DNA of 64,000 nt from Methanobacteriota archaeon (GTDB lineage Archaea > Thermoplasmatota > DTKX01 > VGTL01). The notes under the pieces are model-generated. The model saw only the letters and a list, made by a program, of their open reading frames with translations, was not told the DNA's origin and ran no database searches. Position 1 is the stretch's first letter. Each line of letters starts with the position of its first letter. The stretch spans positions 9,009 to 73,008 of the forward strand of contig VGTL01000006.1 in NCBI GenBank assembly GCA_016874675.1, written 5' to 3'. A program made the position numbers and the translations under genes. Of the stretch, positions 52,696 through 62,400 are shown one piece after another.

Positions 52696-54369
52696 ATGAA
52701 GAAGGACATCGAGATAGCCCAGGAAGCGAAGGTCAAGCCGATAACCGAGATCGCCAAGGCCGCGGGTATACCGGACGAGTACCTGGAGCCCTACGGCAAG
52801 CACATCGCCAAGATCAACCTGGCGTACTGGGAGAGGCTCAAGGACAGGCCCAACGGGAAGCTGATCTGGACCACCGCCATAACCGCCACGGCCGCCGGCG
52901 AGGGAAAGACCGTGACCTCGGTGGGCCTCATCCAGGCCTTCGGCAAGATAGGCAAGAAGGTCATGGGCGCCCTCCGCGAGCCCTCGCTCGGGCCCGTCTT
53001 CGGCATCAAGGGCGGCGCCACGGGAGGCGGCTACTCCCAGCTCTACCCGATGTGGGACATCGACCTCCACTTCACGGGTGACATCCACGCGGTGGGGGCG
53101 GCGCACAACCTGCTGAGCGCGATGGTGGAGAACCACATCACCAAGAAGAACGAGCTCCAGATAGACCCCACGCGCATCGTGTGGCGCAAGGTCATGGACA
53201 TGAACGCCCGGGAGCTTCGCAAGATAATCGTCGGCCTGGGCGGCCGTGCCAGCGGCGGGGTGCCCCACGAGAGCGGCTTCGACATCACCGTCGCCTCGGA
53301 GATATCGGCCATACTGGCGCTCTCGGAGAACCTCAAGGACCTCAAGCAGAGGCTCTCCAGGATGGTGGTCGGCTACACCTACGACGGAAAGCCGGTCACC
53401 GCGGGCCAGCTCGGGTGCGTGGGCGCCATGTCGCTCCTGCTCAAGGACGCCATCAAGCCCAACCTGGTCCAGACCTTCGAGGGCCAGCCGACCCTCATCC
53501 ACGGCTTCCCGTTCGCCAACATCGCCCACGGGAACAACAGCATAATCGCCACCCGCATGGCATTGAAGATGGCCGACTACGTCGTCACCGAGGCCGGGTT
53601 CGCCGCGGATTTGGGCATGGAGAAGGCGTTCGACATCGTCTGCCGGCAGTCCGGGCTCAAGCCCGACTGCGTGGTGCTGGTCGCCACCATCCGCGCCCTC
53701 AAGATGCACGGCGGGCTCTCGAAGGACCTCATCGAGAAGCCCAACAGGGAGGCGCTCGAGAAGGGCTTCGTGAACCTGGACAAGCACATCGAGAACATGC
53801 TCAAGTTCGGGGTGCCGGTGGTCGTGGCCATCAACCGCTTCCCGTCCGACACGGACGAGGAGATGAAGCAGGTCAAGGCCCACTGCGACAAGGTGGGCGC
53901 CATGGCCGCCTTCTCGTCGGTGTTCATGGACGGCGGCAAGGGCGGCGTGGAACTGGCCGAGGCGGTCATAGAGACCATCAAGAAGAAGCCCCAAAAGTTC
54001 AAGGTGCTATACGACGAGAAGCTGCCCATCAAGGAGAAGATAAGGACCATCGCCACCGAGATCTACGGGGCCAAGGACGTCGCGTACGTGGGCACCGCCG
54101 AGGCCGATATCAAGGCCATCGAGGCCGCCGGGAACGACAAGCTGCCCATCTGCATGGCCAAGACCCAGCTGTCGATAACCGACGTGCCGGACCTCAAGGG
54201 CGCCCCCAAGGGCTGGACGCTCACCGTGCGCGAGGTGCGGCTTTCGGCCGGGGCCGGGTTCATCGTCCCGCTCACCGGCGAGATGATGACCATCCCGGGG
54301 CTCCCGACCAGCCCGGCGGCGCTGAAGATCGACATCGACGACAAGGGCTACATCACGGGGCTCAACTGA
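52696..54369 (+). CDS. fhs: Formate--tetrahydrofolate ligase
   Basis: 'TPAGEGKTVTSVGL'-like 'TAAGEGKTVTSVGLIQAF' and 'EPSLGPVFGIKGGA' match the FTHFS family. The length is 557 aa. Confidence 0.9.
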   Translation: MKKDIEIAQEAKVKPITEIAKAAGIPDEYLEPYGKHIAKINLAYWERLKDRPNGKLIWTTAITATAAGEGKTVTSVGLIQAFGKIGKKVMGALREPSLGPVFGIKGGATGGGYSQLYPMWDIDLHFTGDIHAVGAAHNLLSAMVENHITKKNELQIDPTRIVWRKVMDMNARELRKIIVGLGGRASGGVPHESGFDITVASEISAILALSENLKDLKQRLSRMVVGYTYDGKPVTAGQLGCVGAMSLLLKDAIKPNLVQTFEGQPTLIHGFPFANIAHGNNSIIATRMALKMADYVVTEAGFAADLGMEKAFDIVCRQSGLKPDCVVLVATIRALKMHGGLSKDLIEKPNREALEKGFVNLDKHIENMLKFGVPVVVAINRFPSDTDEEMKQVKAHCDKVGAMAAFSSVFMDGGKGGVELAEAVIETIKKKPQKFKVLYDEKLPIKEKIRTIATEIYGAKDVAYVGTAEADIKAIEAAGNDKLPICMAKTQLSITDVPDLKGAPKGWTLTVREVRLSAGAGFIVPLTGEMMTIPGLPTSPAALKIDIDDKGYITGLN

Positions 54370-54862
54370 GGCCGCGCCCGCGCGAACCTTGCGCCCCCCG
54401 CCCCTTGCGGGTCTTCCTGGTCAGGAGAAACACCGTGACGCCGGCCGCCACCGTCACCAGGACGATTCTGATGTAGAGGTTGGTATGGAACAGCCACGCT
54501 GTGGCGATGATGGTGAGCCAGAGCAGGGCGATGGACAGCGCCTTGTCGCGAAGAGGGATTCCCAGGCCATCGCGGTAGTTGCGGATGTATCCGCCCAGGT
54601 AGCGGCTGCCCAGCAGCCAGTCGTGGAACCTCCGCGAGCTGCGGGCGTAGCAGGCCGCCGCAAGCAGAAGGAACGGCGTGGTGGGCAGGATGGGGAGCAC
54701 GATCCCGACGACGCCGAGGGCCAGGAACACCGTGCCAGCGCCCACGAGCGCTGCCCGGAGCATCCGGCCGGGGAGGGGTCCCTCCTTCGCCGGTCCCTCC
54801 CCTGCCGCGTTTTGGGCCCTCTCTTCCATCCCCAGCTCCCGGGGCGGTGCTCTGCCCCGCAA
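54362..54862 (-). CDS. DUF454/YbaN-family inner membrane protein
   Basis: 'ILPILPTTPFLLLAAACYARSS' is typical of the YbaN family. Confidence 0.55.
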   Translation of the reverse strand: MRGRAPPRELGMEERAQNAAGEGPAKEGPLPGRMLRAALVGAGTVFLALGVVGIVLPILPTTPFLLLAAACYARSSRRFHDWLLGSRYLGGYIRNYRDGLGIPLRDKALSIALLWLTIIATAWLFHTNLYIRIVLVTVAAGVTVFLLTRKTRKGRGAQGSRGRGLS

Positions 54863-54914
54863 CGCTCCGATGCGGACGGTGGGATTAAAAGATTCCCCCC
54901 CGCAGGGGTGCGCT

Positions 54915-54927
54915 GGTTTATAATACC
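54915..54927 (+). promoter_or_regulatory. TATA-like element for cooT-cooC2, flanked by 10-12-bp inverted repeat
   Basis: The TATA-like 'ggtttataatacc' is flanked by 'cccccgcagggg' (54897-54908) and 'ccccctgcgg' (54947-54956), which are inverted repeats. Confidence 0.45.
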
Positions 54928-54993
54928 GGAGCCGGATTCCCGAAGGCCCCCTGCGGAGCAGAGCCGGCGGGGCATGGGCAGACCGGTGATACC

Positions 54994-55188
54994 ATGTGCG
55001 AATCCACCGCCTACCTGGTCAAGGGCAAGAGGAAGGAGGAGTTCATGAAGGACGTCGCCCGCATCGAGGTCCGGAAGGGCTCCTTCCTGTTGCGCGACAT
55101 CCTGGGCGATACAAAGGAGCTGAAGAAGGCCGTCCTGAAGGAGATCAACCTGATGGGCCACGAGATTGTTTTCGAGGCGGTCGGATAG
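54994..55188 (+). CDS. cooT: CooT-family small nickel-binding CODH accessory protein
   Basis: The protein is 64 aa and begins 'MC', with the conserved Cys2 Ni ligand. Its overall pattern is similar to CooT as recalled (from memory), including a DILG motif. It lies immediately upstream of a cooC gene. Confidence 0.55.
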   Translation: MCESTAYLVKGKRKEEFMKDVARIEVRKGSFLLRDILGDTKELKKAVLKEINLMGHEIVFEAVG

Positions 55189-55189
55189 A

Positions 55190-55978
55190 TTGAAGATAGC
55201 GATATCCGGAAAGGGCGGCGTGGGAAAGACCACCGTCGCCGCGGTCCTGGCCCGCCTCTTCGGAAGGGAGGGCCGCGACGTCCTGCTCGTCGACGCCGAC
55301 CCGGCGCCCAACACGGCCTCGGCGCTGGGGCTGCCGCGGGAGCGGGCGGAGAAGATAACCCCGCTGTGCGAGATGGCCGACCTCATCGAGGAGAGGACCG
55401 GCGTCCGGCCGGGAACGAGCTACGGCCAGATGTTCCGCCTCAACCCGCGCGTCGAGGACATCGCCGAGAAGTTCGGGGTGAAGGGGCAAGACGGCGTCCA
55501 CCTCCTGGTGCTGGGCACCATCAAGTCGGCGGGGCAGGGGTGCTTCTGCCCGGAGTCCGCCCTGCTCAAGGCCCTCGTCAAGCACCTCGTTCTCAGGAAG
55601 GAGCAGGTGGTCATACTCGACATGGAGGCCGGCCTGGAGCACCTGGGCCGCGGCACCGCCCAGGGCATGGACCTCCTCATCATGGTCGTCGAGCCCGGGC
55701 TGCGCTCCACGGGGGTCGCCCGCCAGATATCGAGGATGTCCCGGGACCTGGGCATAACGCGCGTGGGCGTGGTCATCAACAAGGTGGGGGACCCGGCCCA
55801 GGCGGAGCTCGTCGAGCGGGAGCTCGAGGGGATCGCGGTGCTGGGCACCATACCACGCGACGAGGGGCTGGTGGAGGCCGACCTTGGGGGCCTCTCCCCG
55901 CTCGACCACCCGGGGGCCGCCCGTTCGGTCGAGGCCATCGACGAGCTGAGGAAGCGCATCGTCAAGTTGCTCTCATAG
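55190..55978 (+). CDS. cooC: Second CooC-type nickel-insertion ATPase
   Basis: 'LKIAISGKGGVGKTTVAAVLA' is present, along with a 'CFCPESALL' Cys motif. The start is TTG 55190, 2 nt after the cooT stop. Confidence 0.8.
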   Translation: MKIAISGKGGVGKTTVAAVLARLFGREGRDVLLVDADPAPNTASALGLPRERAEKITPLCEMADLIEERTGVRPGTSYGQMFRLNPRVEDIAEKFGVKGQDGVHLLVLGTIKSAGQGCFCPESALLKALVKHLVLRKEQVVILDMEAGLEHLGRGTAQGMDLLIMVVEPGLRSTGVARQISRMSRDLGITRVGVVINKVGDPAQAELVERELEGIAVLGTIPRDEGLVEADLGGLSPLDHPGAARSVEAIDELRKRIVKLLS

Positions 55979-56581
55979 GTCCGTCAGGGCGGCCTCGGCC
56001 CGGCGGAGGGCCTCTCTCGTGCCCAGGTTCCAAAAAGACCTCCGGAGCGGGTCCGCCCCGAGCAGCTTGCGGGTGCCCACCCTCCGGACATCCAAAAGAC
56101 GGAGGGCGTCGCGCACGCTCCCCCCTCCACCGGATATGACGCGCTCCAGCGCCGCCAGCGTCGGCCGTTTCCTGAAAACGGAGTGGAGCGGTTCCGGGTA
56201 GCCGTCGAGGAAGGGCACCGCCGCGTCATGGCCCGCCGCCTCGGCCAGGAGGAGGCCGTAGAGCCCCGGCTCCACGAGCGGGGAATCGCAGGGCGCCACC
56301 GCCACCCAGGGATTGCGCGCCGCCCTGAGACCGGCCTCGAGCCCGCCCACCGGGCCGAGCCCCGGGCGGGAGTCCTCGACCACCCGGACCGCGCGGGGCA
56401 GCGCGGCGCCTATCCTGCGGGCCCAGCCCGTCGCGGCCGCCACCAACACGTCGCCGGAGGCCGCCCCCATCGCACCGGCGGTCCAGGCCACCAGCGGCCG
56501 GCCCCGGAAGGGCTGGAGGGCCTTGCAGGCGCGCATGCGCCGGCTCAGGCCCCCTGCGAGGACCACGGCCGATATCGCCAT
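55973..56581 (-). CDS. mobA: Molybdenum cofactor guanylyltransferase
   Basis: 'AVVLAGGLSRRM' and the 202-aa length fit MobA. Confidence 0.8.
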   Translation of the reverse strand: MAISAVVLAGGLSRRMRACKALQPFRGRPLVAWTAGAMGAASGDVLVAAATGWARRIGAALPRAVRVVEDSRPGLGPVGGLEAGLRAARNPWVAVAPCDSPLVEPGLYGLLLAEAAGHDAAVPFLDGYPEPLHSVFRKRPTLAALERVISGGGGSVRDALRLLDVRRVGTRKLLGADPLRRSFWNLGTREALRRAEAALTDL

Positions 56582-56672
56582 CGCCCGCGCAACGCCCGAC
56601 TGGTAGATAACCGTTGCCCGCCCCGCCTCATATCTTTATTAACACCGACGCCCCTTTTCCGTCCGTGAGGCG

Positions 56673-57317
56673 ATGAAGGGGAAAAGGACCGCGACCGCCG
56701 CCAGGGGAAGGGCCGGGCGCGCCCGCCGGGCGGACCGACGGACCGGCGAGGCGGCCGTGCGGACGCTGGACGAGCGCCTGGCGACGCTCGCGACCGAGGA
56801 GGTCCGGGGCGCCCGCGAGCGGCTGGACGAGAGGACCCACGCCCACATCGCCCGTGAGCTCCTGGACGTGTTCTTCAACATATGGATACGGTTCGCCGTC
56901 GACCTGGGCCGGGAGCTCCGCATGAGCCCCTGGCAGTGGGACTTCGTGATATACGGCGGCGGGAAGAGCTACCGCTTCCGCGAGGGGTTCAACTTCGCCC
57001 GGCTCAACGAGGTGACGCTGGAGGAGTCGGCGCCCCCCTTCCGGCACACCCTGAAGGGGGAGCTCTCCACGCTCGCCGGCCGGCCCTTCGTCCGCGTGAG
57101 CTTCGTGCTCGAGGAGGGCCGGACCTTCGGAAGCTCCGAGGCGGTGACCGCCCGCTCGAGCTACCTCATCTACAACGAGCCGGCCGCCCGGTTCGGGGTC
57201 CACCGGCTCAAGGAGTCCCTCTCCGAGCCTCTCCGGGCCTGGATCCGCTCCGAGGTGCGCGGCGACCCGGCCCTGCTTTGGGACCTCTGCCACGAGAAGC
57301 TCAGAAGGGGGCGTTGA
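56673..57317 (+). CDS. Hypothetical protein
   Basis: The ORF is 214 aa with no recognised motifs. Confidence 0.4.
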   Translation: MKGKRTATAARGRAGRARRADRRTGEAAVRTLDERLATLATEEVRGARERLDERTHAHIARELLDVFFNIWIRFAVDLGRELRMSPWQWDFVIYGGGKSYRFREGFNFARLNEVTLEESAPPFRHTLKGELSTLAGRPFVRVSFVLEEGRTFGSSEAVTARSSYLIYNEPAARFGVHRLKESLSEPLRAWIRSEVRGDPALLWDLCHEKLRRGR

Positions 57318-57365
57318 AAATCGAGGGAGCGGGGAGCGGGCATTATCGCAAGGAGCCGTCCTGAC

Positions 57366-59402
57366 ATGGTCAGCTTCGAGATGACCGGCCGCGACGGCCT
57401 GGCGAGGCTGGGCCGCCTGTACACCCCCCACGGGAGCGCGACCACGCCGGCGCTGCTCCCGGTGGTCCACCCGGGAATCCAGACCATCCCGCCCTCCGAG
57501 ATGAGGCGGCTGTTCGGGGCCGAGATCGTGATAACCAACTCCTACATCATCCGCGGCCGCGTGGAGTTCCGCGAGAGGGCCCTCCGCGAAGGCCTCGGAG
57601 GCCTCATCGGCTGGGACGGCCCGGTCATGACGGACTCGGGCACCTTCCAGAGCTACATGTACGGGGAGGTGGAGGTCTCCCAGCCGGAGATACTGGACTT
57701 CCAAAGGCGCATCGGCTCCGACCTTTGCACCATGCTGGACATATTCTCCCCGCCCGAGACGCCCGAACCCGAGGCGGCCTCGCGGCTTTCCGAGAACTCC
57801 CGGCGCGCCGGGCAGGCCTCGGAGCTGTTCCATGGGGGAGGGGGCACATCGCAGGGGGCAAGGGGCAAGGGACAAATGGCGGGGGGCGAAGAACAGGGAT
57901 TGGTGCTCGCCGTGCAGGGAGGTATCTTCCCCAACCTGCGGGAGCGCTCCGCCGCCGACATCGCGGGACTGGGGTGCGCCGTCCAGGCCATCGGCGGTGT
58001 CGTGCCCCTGATGGAGAGCTACCGCTTCGCGGAGCTCGTGGACGTCGTGATGGCCGCAAAGAGGGCGCTCCACCCGGCCCGGCCGGTCCACCTCTTCGGC
58101 GCCGGCCACCCCATGATGTTCTCGCTCGCCGCGCTCATGGGCTGCGACCTTCTCGACTCCTCCTCCTACGCCAAGTACGCCAAGGACGGCCGGATGATGT
58201 TCAGCTGGGGCACGCGCCACCTCGACGAGCTCTCCCACCTTCCGTGCGGATGCCCCGTCTGCGCGTCGCATGACCCGGAGGGGCTGCGCTCCCTGCCGGA
58301 CCCAGAGCGCGTCCGGAAGCTCGCGGAGCACAACCTCCACGCCTCGTTCTCGGAGCTCCGGGCGGTGCGCCAGGCCATAGCGGAGAGCCGGCTGTGGGAG
58401 CTCGTCGAGGAGCGGTGCCGGGGCCATCCCGCCCTCCTCGACGCCCTCCACGCCCTGGGCGGCCACGCCGCGCAGCTGGAGCGCTTCGCCCCCGCCTCCC
58501 GGACGGGCGCGTTCTTCTACAAGGGGCCGGAGTCGTCGTTTCGGCCGGAGGTGCTGCGCTGGGAGCGGCTGGTCCGGGAGCGGTACACGATGCCCGATTC
58601 GGAGGTCATGGTCTGCCTGGAGGAGGCCCCCAAGCCCTACTCCCGGCACTATGCCTCCCTCGTGCGGCGGATACAGGAGCGCTGGGACGCCCGATTCGTC
58701 GTGACCTCGTTCTTCGGCCCGGTCCCGCTGGAGCTGGACGGCATGTATCCCGTGGCGCAGTCGCTCGTTCCCTCCAGGCTGGACCCCGAGTCGGCGGCGA
58801 GGGTCTCCAGGGCGATGAAGCGCTTCTCCCACGACCTCCGGTCGCAATTCTCGCTGGTGTGGGAGGGGGAGCGGTCCTTCGAGGCGCTGGGGGCGGTGGT
58901 GCCGGAGGGCCGGGGCGTTGTCTCGGACTGGGAGATGCTCCGTGTCCGCGCCACCGCCGAGCTGCAGTTCGGCCGGGACGCCGCCGCCGCGCTCCTCGAA
59001 GGAAAGCTCGAGCTCGTGCTCTCGCCCAACACGGGCCGGGTCCGCAACGTGCTGGCCGGTGGCGAGCACGTGCTCTCGCTGCGGGCCCGGGACGGGTTGT
59101 TCACCCTCAGGATGCCGGGCGCCCGGCGATTGGTCGCCGCGGTCGGACCGCCGCGGCTGCGCGTGGTGGTGGACGACGACGCGGCCGGTTTCGCCGCGGC
59201 CGGCAAGAACGTCTTTTCCCGGTTCGTCAAAGAGTGCGACCCGGAGATAAGGCCCATGGAGGAGGTGGTCGTGGTGGACGGCTCGGACCGGCCGGTGGCC
59301 TGCGGCCGGGCCCTGATGGTCCGCTCCGAGATGCTCGCCTTCACCAGGGGGATGGCGGTGCGGGTGCGCGAGGGCTCAGGGGGGCCTCCCGGGGAGGGGT
59401 GA
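57366..59402 (+). CDS. tgt: Archaeosine tRNA-guanine transglycosylase (ArcTGT) with C-terminal PUA-type domains
   Basis: 'PVMTDSGTFQ' and the zinc site 'CGCPVCASH' are present. The length is 678 aa. It contains an about 22-aa Gly-rich in-frame insertion encoded by a GGGGCAA repeat at about 57833-57900. Confidence 0.85.
   Translation: MVSFEMTGRDGLARLGRLYTPHGSATTPALLPVVHPGIQTIPPSEMRRLFGAEIVITNSYIIRGRVEFRERALREGLGGLIGWDGPVMTDSGTFQSYMYGEVEVSQPEILDFQRRIGSDLCTMLDIFSPPETPEPEAASRLSENSRRAGQASELFHGGGGTSQGARGKGQMAGGEEQGLVLAVQGGIFPNLRERSAADIAGLGCAVQAIGGVVPLMESYRFAELVDVVMAAKRALHPARPVHLFGAGHPMMFSLAALMGCDLLDSSSYAKYAKDGRMMFSWGTRHLDELSHLPCGCPVCASHDPEGLRSLPDPERVRKLAEHNLHASFSELRAVRQAIAESRLWELVEERCRGHPALLDALHALGGHAAQLERFAPASRTGAFFYKGPESSFRPEVLRWERLVRERYTMPDSEVMVCLEEAPKPYSRHYASLVRRIQERWDARFVVTSFFGPVPLELDGMYPVAQSLVPSRLDPESAARVSRAMKRFSHDLRSQFSLVWEGERSFEALGAVVPEGRGVVSDWEMLRVRATAELQFGRDAAAALLEGKLELVLSPNTGRVRNVLAGGEHVLSLRARDGLFTLRMPGARRLVAAVGPPRLRVVVDDDAAGFAAAGKNVFSRFVKECDPEIRPMEEVVVVDGSDRPVACGRALMVRSEMLAFTRGMAVRVREGSGGPPGEG
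57833..57900. repeat. Single-arm GGGGCAA-type array inserted in-frame in arcTGT CDS
   Basis: The sequence 'gggggagggggcacatcgcagggggcaaggggcaagggacaaatggcggggggcgaag' encodes 'GGGGTSQGARGKGQMAGGEEQG' immediately N-terminal to the conserved '...LVLAVQGG' segment. Confidence 0.65.
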
Positions 59403-59416
59403 TTCCTAGGATTTGA

Positions 59417-59434
59417 GAATAAAGATATATTTAC
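59417..59434 (+). promoter_or_regulatory. TATA-like element
   Basis: The sequence 'gaataaagatatatttac' lies about 35 bp upstream of ATG 59469. Confidence 0.4.
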
Positions 59435-59468
59435 TAGGATAATTTATTAGACGGGCGGTGGTAAAAGG

Positions 59469-62400
59469 ATGCGCAACGCCGTGACGACCGCCCTGGTTCT
59501 AGCCGCCCTCCTGTCCTGCGCCTTTCTCCCGGCCGCGGGCGCCCCGCAGCGGGCCGCCAACGAGCTCGGGGACGATTGGGCGCGTGTCAGCAACCCGGTA
59601 TTCTCCGTTTCCCCGCTTCACGTCGGGGACCAGAGCGTCACCCTGGGAATGACACTGCAAAACCTCCGACCGGGAGACCTGGACGCAGCCAACGGCGACG
59701 AGCGCATGTACTGCGTGACGGTGGAGGTCCACGGTGTCCTCGATGCCGGCGGGCGGCTACTCCCGCCCTCCGCCTCGCCGGTCGCCTGGACCGTTTCCCG
59801 GCTCGACAACAGCGGCAACGGATTCACGCTCGGCCGCCTGTACGAGCCCAGCAGCGTCCTTGCGGTCTCGGGGCTCAGGCTCGATGTGAAGGGCACCGCC
59901 CTCCCGGGAAGGTACAACGTGTCGGTGAACTTCGGCTACAGCATGATGAACTCCCAAGACCCCCTCGACCTCACCTCGTTCAACGAGCAGGAGGACAGCA
60001 TCCAGTTCGAGATCCTCTCGAACGTGGTCGTCGGCACGCCGGTGCCCCTGGACAACCAGCTGAGGACCGTGCCACTGCTCTCCGGCGCCAGTTTCCAGCT
60101 GATAGGAATATCGTTGAGGACCGTCTCGGGCCCGCTGGGCCAGGTGGTCGCCACGCTCACCGTGCCGCCCTCGGGCGCCCTGCAGCTTGCGGCCCCCGCC
60201 GGCACCACCCTCAGCACCTCCCTGCCCCGCCTGACGGGGACCGCCACACTCCATTTCCGGGTGGATGTCCCCCGGGCCGACCAGGGCATCTACAACGAGA
60301 CCAACGCCAACATCACCCTGACCCTGCAGTACATCCGGGAGCGCAACTGGAACGGCAGCGCCATGTCGATTGCCTCGGGAGAGTCGGGGCTGCCCCTCGT
60401 CTTCACCGTGGACTACACCCCCCTGGTCAACGCCACCGATGTCTCGCCCTCCACATTCCGGCGGGGCACGGCGGTCAGGGACCTCACCGTCACCCTCGGC
60501 AACGAGGGCAACGCCGACCTGATGCGCCTGAAGGTCTCGTTGGACGTGTCCAACTACTTCACCGGAGGGGCGTACTACTACGACGGCGACGGGAACCGGG
60601 TGCCGGTGCCGCTCGAGGTGGAGGTGAGCTCGCTTAGGCGCGGCGGCTCCTACAATGCCGTCTACCCGATGGCCGTGTTCGCCTCGCTCCCCGCCGGGAC
60701 CCACCGCCTTCCGGTGAGGTACTCCGGCTACTTCGAGAGGGCCGGCGACGGCTCCACCTCCTCCGGGCTGTACCCGATGTCGGACGCCCTTTTCGTGCAG
60801 CTGCGCGGGGAGCTGCCCGCAATCGAGATCTCCGTGACGGACACGGCGACGAATCTTGCGGTCACCCCGGTCGCCCCCTCCCGGGCCGTGCTGAACCCGG
60901 ACGGGGAATCCGAAGGGGTTTGCATCCGGCTGGAAGTCTCCAACAGCGAGAGCGTGGCGTTCCGGGACGCCTCCTTCACCCTGCTTGCGGGCAGCGGTAC
61001 CATCCTCCGGGACCGGTTCTCGGCGGGGGCGGCCGCGCTCCAGCCCTACCGCGCCGGCCGGCTGGACCCGGGCGAGACCCTCGAGCTCGCGTTCTTCGCC
61101 AACCTCGACCGGGCGGCCGCGCCCGGCGTCCACCAGCTCACGCTCCGGTTCAACGCCACGGGTGCCGACAGCAACGCGCCGGTGTCGTACGAGACCCGGT
61201 TCCCGGTGCTTGTCGGCCCGTTCGGTCCGGCGCTGGCGTTCTCCTCGGACCCGTCGATCGCTCTCGGGGGACAGGTCCGGAACCTGGCCGTCCCGGTCGA
61301 AATAATAAACTCCGGGGGGGCGACGCTTTCCGGCTTGTCCGCCAGGCTGAAGTGCGGCTCCCCGACGCCCCTGGTCAATCCATCGGACGCGTCGGCGGCC
61401 TGGCTGGACGCCCGGCCGGTCGGGATCGTCGGCGCCCTGGAGACCGTCAGGGTGGTGTTCCCGGCCGATCTCAACCCCAACGCGACGGCCCGAAGCTACG
61501 ATGTCGAGATCTCCCTGGACGGGGCATACCAGGCCACCGGCGAGAGATTCATCCAGGGGGGGACGTTCGCCCTCAGGCTGCTCCCGGCCCCCGCCCGGCT
61601 GGCGGTGCAGGGCCAGAACATCTCGCCCGACCCGCCCCGCCCTGGCCAGAGCTTCACGCTCACCGTGCGCGTCCAGAACGTCGGCGGGGACACCGCACGT
61701 GGCGTCTGGGTGGCCCTGGGCGCCCCGTCAGCCCGGCTGCCGGGCGGCTCGCCCCCGGACCTTCCGGGCTCGCCGTTCTCGGCGGAGGTGGCGGTCAAGT
61801 ACATCGGCGAGCTGGGGCCCGGGGTCGAGGTGCCCGTGGCGTTCAATGTCCTCTCGGACCCGGCCGCCGCGGGGCGCCGGCTCTACAGCGAGCCGGTCGT
61901 CTTGGGATTCGACGGCCCGGCAGGAACCACCCAGTATGTCACGGTGCCGGTCGCCATCAAGCTCAAGGCCGCGCAGGCCTCCTCCGGGGACACGGGGCCC
62001 GACTGGACGATCGTCCTGCTCACGCTCGGGTTCGTGGCGCTCCTGGTGATGCTGCTCGCGGTGCTCGTGTGGCCCCCCGGGGGCCGCGCCCGGGCCCTGC
62101 GGGCTGAGCCCGGAGCAGACGGTGCTGAACCACAGAAGGAGCCCATGGACATAGTGGTCGCAAAACCCGTCCCGCCCCCGGACCGGATGCCGGAGCTCCC
62201 GGACCTGCCGTCCCCGCCGCCCATGCAACCCACCGCGGGCGGAAGACCCGGCATGGCGGAGGACGCCAGGAGACCCGTCCAGCCGGGAGAGCTCCCGCCG
62301 CCGCCCCCTCCGACGCCTCCGTCGTCGTCGGCCCCGCCCGTCGCGCCGCCGGTGGCCGATGGAGGAAAGCTGCCTCCCGGCGCAAGGCCCCGCCCCGGGC

